Assembly: GCA_023954715.1 (NCBI GenBank)
Contig: JAGSHD010000001.1
Coordinates: 556,468 to 600,611, forward strand
Reading direction: 5' to 3'
Length of the DNA: 44,144 nt
From: Candidatus Cloacimonadota bacterium
Lineage (GTDB): Bacteria; Muiribacteriota; UBA6191
Position numbers and translations under genes: made by a program. The notes under the pieces were generated by a model. That model did no database searches and was not told the origin of the DNA. It saw only the letters and a list, made by a program, of their open reading frames with translations. Positions within the stretch are counted from its first letter, which is position 1. The number at the start of each line of letters is the position of its first letter. This document shows positions 37,614 through 44,144 of the stretch, one piece after another.

Positions 37614-38818
37614 TACTGTACTACTTTCAAGGCTTCTACAGGACGCACCTTAGTTGCTTGAAATGCTGGTACCATTCCAAATATTAATCCTACTAAAATT
37701 GATGTCCCTACAGATACAAAACACGACATTACTGAGAAACGAATTGGCATTCCTGAAAAACTTGATATCATTTGCGCTAAAAACCAACCAAAAGCTAGCC
37801 CTAGTACTCCACCACATACAGAAATAAATAAAGTTTCTAATAAAAATTGATACAAAATATCTTTGGACTTTGCACCTACTGCCCGTCGTAACCCTATTTC
37901 AGGAATTCTTTCTAAAATATTGGCTAACATAATATTCATAATACCTATCCCTCCTACTAACAAAGAAATAAATGCTATGCTCAACATTACAATATTAAAA
38001 ATATCTTGGGTCTCATTTTTTTGCTTTAACAACTCTAAAGGGGCAGATATCTTACAAATAGAAACACCTTTATGATATCTATCAATATCTTTCTCGATAG
38101 CATATTTATAAGTAAGTGTGTTTTCTAGTTTATTCACATTTAAACGAATTTTATCTAGAGACATAAAAGCTTCATTGGGGGTTAGCTTGCTAAAAACAGT
38201 GCTAATAGGAAAGTAAGCTACAAGCTCTTTATTACCTGTTTTAGTAGTAACTGCCCCTATAACATCAAAAATAACATTATGCACTCTAATTTGCGTTTTA
38301 TTCGCTTTATCTAGCTTTTTCTTTAAAGAAGAAGATACTACAGCCACATTTAAGTTTTTTTCAAAGTCTCTGTTTCTAAAACTCCTACCTTGCGATTGAA
38401 TCAATGAAAAGTATTCAAAATACTTCTTAGAGACTGCCATATATTTCGCACTAAAACCTAACTGTTCTAATGTAGAAGAATAAGGGACAAAAGTTTTACT
38501 ATAAGCTATTCCCACAAAACTATTTTGATCTTGAAAAGTCTGCTTCAATCGATGTACATCTCTAATAGACAAACCTGGAGTTTTAGAAATATTTTTACGA
38601 ATAAACTCTTCATTGGCTTTAATTGCATCAAGAGTCACATAATTAGAGCCCATTTCTTCAAGCTTTTTTTGAATTTGAAAGTTTGCACCAGAAGATACAG
38701 CAACCATAGATATAACAGCACCAATTCCAAAGATGATACCTAACATAGCTAAAAATGTTCTAAGGGGGTGTAATCGTAAAACCAACCATGAATTATAAAT
38801 TAAAGTTCTTGTATCCAC
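37613..38818 (-). CDS. MacB/FtsX-family ABC transporter permease
   Basis: N-terminal TM, ~220-aa periplasmic domain, three C-terminal TMs (FtsX fold: LSIAFISLLVGGIGIMNIM..., VSVGTSILVGLIFGMVPA). Confidence 0.8.
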   Translation of the reverse strand: MDTRTLIYNSWLVLRLHPLRTFLAMLGIIFGIGAVISMVAVSSGANFQIQKKLEEMGSNYVTLDAIKANEEFIRKNISKTPGLSIRDVHRLKQTFQDQNSFVGIAYSKTFVPYSSTLEQLGFSAKYMAVSKKYFEYFSLIQSQGRSFRNRDFEKNLNVAVVSSSLKKKLDKANKTQIRVHNVIFDVIGAVTTKTGNKELVAYFPISTVFSKLTPNEAFMSLDKIRLNVNKLENTLTYKYAIEKDIDRYHKGVSICKISAPLELLKQKNETQDIFNIVMLSIAFISLLVGGIGIMNIMLANILERIPEIGLRRAVGAKSKDILYQFLLETLFISVCGGVLGLAFGWFLAQMISSFSGMPIRFSVMSCFVSVGTSILVGLIFGMVPAFQATKVRPVEALKVVQ

Positions 38819-39774
38819 TCAAGCCTCACATCAACTTCCATTCCTTCTGAAAAAGAAGTTATCTGGTTATCTAAATTACCTCGAACATGAATAAATTTGT
38901 CATAACTGTTTAAAATTGATGGGTTCTTCTTTATAACAGGTAAAATTTGTAAAAATGGGTTCCAAGAGTCAATTGTTGCTTCATAAGATTTACCTGTTTT
39001 CACAAGAGTAACTTTTGCTTTTGCCCCTACTTTAAGTTGTCTTAAAAATCTCTCCGGAACAAAAAACTCTAAAGATGCGCTTTTGGTTGTAGAAATATAA
39101 GCACAAACTGACCCACACTTTAAACGATCGTTTACTTTAATAGGACGTTTATATTGGTTATGATGAGGGAAAAATAAATATCCATCAAAAGGAGCCTTTG
39201 TAACAAAGCGATCTAGTTGTACTTGTACATGATCAATCTCAGAAAGTACCCTATCGATTTCAATTTGATAGTATTTTTCTTGTATCTCCTTTACGCCTTT
39301 TAAGTGTAAAAGATCCTCTTGTAAGTCTTTAATATTTATTTTTTGAATCTCTATATCCAAATGTAATTTTTGAAGATCATATTTAGCCATTACAGATGAT
39401 GCCACCAATTGTACTTCTAGCTGTCCTAAATCAATTTTAGCTCTTAATATTTCTGTCTCTTTTTCTGAAATTGCTTGTTTATTTTTTTGTAAAATTTCAC
39501 GCTTTTTAGACTTAGCTAAATTTAATTCTCTATTTCCACGAGACACTACCCAATGAGCAGAAATATTAAACTCAGAAACAATATCTCCTGCTTTAACTTT
39601 TGTACCAGACTCTTGTCTAGTCTTTAAGCTAACACTACTTGAGGAAGAAGCGCTTCCAAAGCCTCGAATTTCAAATCTAGGAGCTCTTAGCTCTACAGGG
39701 TTCACAGGAACCAATCGACCTTCAAAACAAAAAATACTACAGACAGTAGTAAAGAATACCACCCACTTAGTCAT
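38800..39774 (-). CDS. HlyD-family periplasmic adaptor (first adaptor)
   Basis: N-terminal TM, coiled-coil segment, beta-barrel C-terminus. It overlaps the ATPase gene by 8 nt and the permease gene by 19 nt. Confidence 0.7.
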   Translation of the reverse strand: MTKWVVFFTTVCSIFCFEGRLVPVNPVELRAPRFEIRGFGSASSSSSVSLKTRQESGTKVKAGDIVSEFNISAHWVVSRGNRELNLAKSKKREILQKNKQAISEKETEILRAKIDLGQLEVQLVASSVMAKYDLQKLHLDIEIQKINIKDLQEDLLHLKGVKEIQEKYYQIEIDRVLSEIDHVQVQLDRFVTKAPFDGYLFFPHHNQYKRPIKVNDRLKCGSVCAYISTTKSASLEFFVPERFLRQLKVGAKAKVTLVKTGKSYEATIDSWNPFLQILPVIKKNPSILNSYDKFIHVRGNLDNQITSFSEGMEVDVRLEWIQEL

Positions 39775-40438
39775 GTAATAGTCCTGATCGCAAATGAATC
39801 CGTTTTGGTGTCATAGCCCCAAGCTCTTGATCATGAGTCACCATAATAATTGTTGTTTTTTCTTTTTGATTTAAAGCATGAAAAACTTCTATAACTTCAT
39901 CTCTTACTTTTAGATCTAAGTTTCCAGTAGGTTCATCAGCTAATAGTAGTTTTGGTTCATTTACCATTGACCTTGCCAAGGCTACCCTTTGTTTTTCTCC
40001 ACCACTTAATTGTTTTGGTAAGTAGTCTTTTCTATGATCAATTTGAAACCTAGATAACCAATGTAAGGCTCTATCTCTTCTTTCATTTAAAGAAAGATAA
40101 GAGTACTCCATAGGCATCATTACATTTTGTAAAACACTTAAGTAAGGAAGAAGATAAAAACTCTGAAATACAAAACCAATCTTTTGATTTCGAATCTCAG
40201 ACATCTGATCATCATTCAAATCATGAATTGGCATTTCATCAAAAAAGTACTTACCCGAACTTGGAGCGTCTAAACATCCTAAAATTTGTAGAAGAGTGGA
40301 CTTACCAGCCCCACTTCTACCCATAATAGATACGAAGTCTCCTTCTGAAATTGAAAAAGATACCCCTTTCAAAACCTCTAAAGATTGATCTCCGTTTTTA
40401 TACTCTTTTTTTATGTTTTCTAAATGAAATAATTCCAT
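39767..40438 (-). CDS. ABC transporter ATP-binding protein (MacB/LolD type)
   Basis: Walker A GRSGAGKSTLL, signature LSGGEKQRVALAR, Walker B LLLADEPTGNLD, H-loop VTHD. Confidence 0.9.
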   Translation of the reverse strand: MELFHLENIKKEYKNGDQSLEVLKGVSFSISEGDFVSIMGRSGAGKSTLLQILGCLDAPSSGKYFFDEMPIHDLNDDQMSEIRNQKIGFVFQSFYLLPYLSVLQNVMMPMEYSYLSLNERRDRALHWLSRFQIDHRKDYLPKQLSGGEKQRVALARSMVNEPKLLLADEPTGNLDLKVRDEVIEVFHALNQKEKTTIIMVTHDQELGAMTPKRIHLRSGLLHD

Positions 40439-40615
40439 TCAAAAAGAATACTCAAACTATCCAAGAATGGCAATAGACTATCAATTAAAACTGACAACTC
40501 AATCAAGGTAATTTTATATATTACTTAGAGATAACAATTCTCCTTCAAAATTACTATATCATGGAGATTACAGAGGACTTTCACCTTTATGTAAATACGA
40601 CATATCTGGCGCACT

Positions 40616-40649
40616 AAAAAAAAGGCCTTCCTCAAAATTGAGAAAGGCC
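40616..40649 (-). terminator. rho-independent terminator downstream of the large lipoprotein gene
   Basis: GGCCTTCCTC (40624..40633) pairs with GAGAAAGGCC (40640..40649) with 1 mismatch and a 6-nt loop. On the minus-strand transcript it is followed by 8 U (A-run 40616..40623). Confidence 0.65.
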
Positions 40650-40664
40650 ATAATTAATAATCTG

Positions 40665-43364
40665 TTATTGTTTATTTAGAGTATAAGTACCATTACATTG
40701 TCCACTCGTCCAATTACCAGTAATTTGAGTATTCGTTGCATTTAATGCACCCATTGAGAAAGTATTGTTACTATCTAAAAAGGTAATACTTGTACCAGAA
40801 GTCGTTAAAGTAGTTCCGTAAAATGTTGATTTATCACTATTTTGAGCAGACCAAGACTGATTCTTTTCACTGATATTGACTATCATAGAACCATCAGCAC
40901 CACAACTATCGGTTAATGCGCCAGTCCATTGACCAATAAAATTTGGCTCAACACCAGAAGCTAACTTACTCGGCTTAACTTTAACAATAAAAACAGCTCC
41001 ATTTGAAAGGTCATTATTATTATAAAAACCACCTTCAAAGCCTTTAGCGGTAGTAGCTCCCTTATCTGCTTTTAACAATACAAATCCAGAAATAGATCCA
41101 TAACTCTTTAAAAAGAAGCTAAAGTCACCATCAAAAGTTAGTTTACCACCATCAACAATTACCACACCATTTAATGAATTAGGTTTATTTAAGCTGTTTG
41201 TCTCACTATGGTTTTGAGTAAATTTTGTACTGATTAGGTTTACTACATTTAAACTAGCATCAACTGTGAAATTTGCTGTTCCACGGTATCTTGCATTTAA
41301 CTGACTCGAATAAGTAGTTACTCCTGACTGATAATACTCTGCTCGCGTATCATCAAATACCGCATTTAAAGTGTTAGTACCATTTTTAGTATAAGTAACA
41401 GTTGAATTTGTTGAAGTATTTACCTTCTCTCCTCGGTGATAAGAAACCACTCGAGTACGAGTTACTTTAATACCTGCAAATGTCCAAGTAATATTTTTTG
41501 TCGAAGTTAACTGATTCGCCTCAAAATACTCTTTAGTTAAACTCAAAGATGATCCATCTGTATTTACTACGAAATTATATTTTTCGATACCTGATGTTAG
41601 TGTACGACTCCAAGTAACCCCTGTAGTATTCAATGCATTAAAAACACTGTTTCCACCAAGAAAGTTATTACTATTTGTAATAATAATATTATTAGCTAAA
41701 GTTGCATTTGCAGTATCAATCGTATCATCTAAACCAACAGAAAGAGTTTCGTAAGGTATTTTTGTTTGAATATAAGATTTTAAACCAGCGTTACCTTCAA
41801 TACCATCTCCTTTTGATAAAACATCAATTAACGTCGTATCATCAATAAACAAAATTGCTGCATCATTTGTTTCTTCGATCGTTCCATCTGTTTTAACTTT
41901 AATATCAACAGATACTTTTCCAGCTGTTGTCACTTTTGATAAATCCTGACTTAAAACAGTTACTTCATCTAAAGTAAAGTTATTTGGAATGCGTAAACTT
42001 ACGCTGTTATTTACTAATAAAGCTATATCAATTGTTTGCTTTAAAGACGTACTATTTGTTTTGAAAATTGAGTTTCCACTCTGACTGTCAATCGTTCCTG
42101 AAAAATGTCCCTTTGCTATTACCACAGGAGTCTTTAAAACATTATAACCATTGATGGTTGTATTACTCGCAACCTGCATACCATTAGCTTGTGCCAAAAC
42201 AAATGGAGCCAATTGTAATTGAGCTTTTAAGTTTTCTGATTTTGTACCTGTTACATTAATATTACTAGCAACACTTTGCCATGCTGTCCCATCAAATCTT
42301 AAATAAGTTAAACCTGTTTTATTGATATCAGAAAAATTATAAGAATCAATGACTTCACTTACTATATTTGCGTCAACGACACTTTTTACATTATTACCCG
42401 ATGTATCCTTTAAAATAATGTCAGCGCCCATAACAACTTGATAACCAGCATCTCTTAACAAGTCATACTTAGGAATATCAATTAAGCTTTTATAAGGAGT
42501 AACAAATACTTTGTATTGTGTAGCTTTTGTTGTAACTTCAACTAGCTTTTTTACGACTACTAGATCGCCTATCTTAGCTGGAGTTGTTTTATTTATAAAA
42601 GATAGATCACTTGTTAAATTATCAGAAGACTTTTCAGAAAAGCTGATTTCGTTATCTGCACTTAAGCCAATTTGAGTTTTACTTTTAGTAGATTCTTCGA
42701 TTTTATTTTCATCACTAGTTAGTTTTACAATCTCCTTTAGCTTTTGTACTAAAGGGTTTGTAGTTGCACTTGGTGCAGGACTTTTATCCAGAATAAGGTT
42801 CTTGAACAAATCTTGAGTAGAAGAAGTAGTATCAGTAACAATTTTAGCTATATCACTACTAGAAGCCGACAAACCATTGAACAGTTTAGTATCTAATTCT
42901 TGTAAATATTTTTGAAAAGTTTTAGGATTTAAATTTTGAGAATAGTTTTGGGCAACTGATGCCCCTAATTGAATATCTCCTACTGCTTTCACAGGAGCAA
43001 ACATAACAAAGTTTAAATTACCAGCAGCAGCATTATCAATAGGATCGACCGTTGCTAAAGTATTGCTACCTTCAGCAATTAACATATACTCAATACCTGG
43101 GTCTAAAATATATTCAATTGCAAATTTACCTTCATCATCTGAGATGTCATTTGGTTCTCCACTATCAAAAACGCCATTGTAATTTAGATCTAAAAATACT
43201 CTTGAATTTTTGATAGGCCCATCACTAACAATACCGCTAATAACACTTATTACACCTGGATCACTTGTAGCAACTGCACCGCCACTACCACCACCACAAC
43301 CAGTAATGAAAAATATTAGTGAAACCAAGAGCCCCACAACAAAAGTACTTTTTATTTTGTTCAT
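40665..43364 (-). CDS. large Ser/Thr/Asn-rich lipoprotein (899 aa), probable surface or adhesin-like protein
   Basis: Lipoprotein signal LVSLIFFITG-C followed by a GGGSGG linker. The rest is beta-rich low-complexity polar sequence with few charged stretches. Confidence 0.7.
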   Translation of the reverse strand: MNKIKSTFVVGLLVSLIFFITGCGGGSGGAVATSDPGVISVISGIVSDGPIKNSRVFLDLNYNGVFDSGEPNDISDDEGKFAIEYILDPGIEYMLIAEGSNTLATVDPIDNAAAGNLNFVMFAPVKAVGDIQLGASVAQNYSQNLNPKTFQKYLQELDTKLFNGLSASSSDIAKIVTDTTSSTQDLFKNLILDKSPAPSATTNPLVQKLKEIVKLTSDENKIEESTKSKTQIGLSADNEISFSEKSSDNLTSDLSFINKTTPAKIGDLVVVKKLVEVTTKATQYKVFVTPYKSLIDIPKYDLLRDAGYQVVMGADIILKDTSGNNVKSVVDANIVSEVIDSYNFSDINKTGLTYLRFDGTAWQSVASNINVTGTKSENLKAQLQLAPFVLAQANGMQVASNTTINGYNVLKTPVVIAKGHFSGTIDSQSGNSIFKTNSTSLKQTIDIALLVNNSVSLRIPNNFTLDEVTVLSQDLSKVTTAGKVSVDIKVKTDGTIEETNDAAILFIDDTTLIDVLSKGDGIEGNAGLKSYIQTKIPYETLSVGLDDTIDTANATLANNIIITNSNNFLGGNSVFNALNTTGVTWSRTLTSGIEKYNFVVNTDGSSLSLTKEYFEANQLTSTKNITWTFAGIKVTRTRVVSYHRGEKVNTSTNSTVTYTKNGTNTLNAVFDDTRAEYYQSGVTTYSSQLNARYRGTANFTVDASLNVVNLISTKFTQNHSETNSLNKPNSLNGVVIVDGGKLTFDGDFSFFLKSYGSISGFVLLKADKGATTAKGFEGGFYNNNDLSNGAVFIVKVKPSKLASGVEPNFIGQWTGALTDSCGADGSMIVNISEKNQSWSAQNSDKSTFYGTTLTTSGTSITFLDSNNTFSMGALNATNTQITGNWTSGQCNGTYTLNKQ

Positions 43365-43523
43365 TTTTTATCCTCTATTAATATAACTAAGTTAGTATTA
43401 TATTTTCAAATACACTCAGTATTTGCTAAATTTTTAAACAATTTTTCGAATATTACCAGATTTATGAGTATTTATGCTACTAATAATTGAATGCAAACCA
43501 ATCCTACTAACAAATCTGAGTCT

Positions 43524-44144
43524 CTATATCTCAATACTCTCTGTCCAAAAATCAAAAGTAAACTCACTATTATCCTCAAATGAAAAGCTATCAATTGTAT
43601 TCATTTGAAAGTCTGGGATCATTAAAAAGTCCCCGTTTCCTATTCCAACTTCACTTGAGTCAAAATCTAAATAGAAGCTATCTATTGAATGAAATTCTAA
43701 CTCTTCTTGAATATCAGTCATATAGCTTTGTGATCTAGGAGCCAATGATTGACTTGACCTTACTAACTTTGAAGGGTTCACCTGTTGTCCTACTTGATCT
43801 GCTTTCTTAGAAAGAAAATCAAGTATTTGGTAGTCCACAACTTTTGTAAACTTATACTCACTCACAGCATCTGTATTAGCTACTTCAACTGCGTTATCAG
43901 AAGTCAATTGAGTTGTAGAGTTTAAAAACAAACCCTTATTCACAAATTGTAAAGAATAGGAGTCGTTTTCAATTAATGTAGCTAAAGTATCTTTACCAAT
44001 CAAAACATCAACTACAGCATCTTTAGTATCTGAGTTTCCTAAATATACTTTATTTACATTTGTTTCGATTGCAGATTTCTTCAATTGAGCAATCGAAGCA
44101 TCACTTGTGTTTGCTCCACGTCCAAAAGCTCCATGACCAATCAT
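43524..44144 (-). CDS. hypothetical Ser/Thr/Asp-rich protein, 5' end outside the window
   Basis: The open frame runs to the window edge. Its composition resembles the neighbouring lipoprotein. C-terminal acidic/aromatic repeats (FSFEDNSEFTFDFW). Confidence 0.45.
   Translation of the reverse strand: MIGHGAFGRGANTSDASIAQLKKSAIETNVNKVYLGNSDTKDAVVDVLIGKDTLATLIENDSYSLQFVNKGLFLNSTTQLTSDNAVEVANTDAVSEYKFTKVVDYQILDFLSKKADQVGQQVNPSKLVRSSQSLAPRSQSYMTDIQEELEFHSIDSFYLDFDSSEVGIGNGDFLMIPDFQMNTIDSFSFEDNSEFTFDFWTESIEI

Noticed and set aside
1811-38743. About 25 short ORFs (60-170 aa) from the supplied track that lie antisense or out of frame inside long, well-supported genes. Examples are 1811..2002, 3400..3603, 13453..13653, 21164..21469, 25681..26196, 27310..27678, 31919..32233 and 38525..38743.
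   Set aside because: Each is fully embedded in a gene with strong family motifs on the other strand or frame. Their compositions are the low-complexity mirror of the real codons and none has an RBS. They are statistical shadows in an AT-rich genome.
1-44144. Scan for tRNA or rRNA genes, CRISPR arrays, integrases, transposases, IS inverted repeats and phage-like genes.
   Set aside because: All intergenic regions are short and AT-rich without tRNA-like GC-rich cloverleaf segments. There are no spaced direct-repeat arrays and no recombinase-like ORFs. The window appears to be stable chromosomal backbone with lineage-specific accessory operons and no recently mobile DNA.

Overview
This is a 44.1-kb bacterial chromosomal segment with roughly one-third GC (estimated by eye from sampled lines). 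It is densely coding, with about 40 genes, most of them on the minus strand. The taxon cannot be fixed from sequence alone. I found no rRNA, tRNA, CRISPR array, integrase, transposase or other mobile-element signature.

Housekeeping blocks that I recognise:
- rpsF-ssb-rpsR-(DUF2232/YybS-like membrane protein)-rplI, ending in a clear rho-independent terminator, followed by an independently transcribed dnaB.
- ddl, a UgpQ-like glycerophosphodiester phosphodiesterase, a VanZ-like protein, and a membrane-anchored FKBP PPIase next to a large HEAT-repeat protein.
- An imuB-dnaE2 error-prone polymerase cassette.

Accessory content:
- An ArsR-family (CVC motif) regulated heavy-metal RND efflux operon (cusBA/czcBA-like). 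It carries a Cys/His-rich module present twice, once as a standalone small membrane protein and once fused to the adaptor N-terminus.
- A divergently placed NapH/CcoG-like membrane polyferredoxin overlapping a Tat-signal NapG-like ferredoxin.
- A PRMT-like (protein arginine methyltransferase fold) enzyme fused to a C-terminal SEC-C zinc motif.
- A split MacB/FtsX-type ABC exporter with two HlyD-like adaptors.
- A Cache-HAMP protein lacking any output domain, overlapping an MFS-like transporter with a C-terminal HEAT-repeat domain.
- An 899-aa Ser/Thr/Asn-rich lipoprotein with its own terminator.

The most unusual locus is a translationally coupled minus-strand operon at 1..5583. In transcription order it encodes an NrdG/PflA-type radical-SAM activase, two proteins of unknown function, a transmembrane-less FtsH-like AAA+/M41 protease with a ~285-aa novel N-terminal domain, an 88-aa acidic protein, and a further unknown protein cut by the window edge. 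It matches no named system I can recall and is my candidate for an undescribed system.
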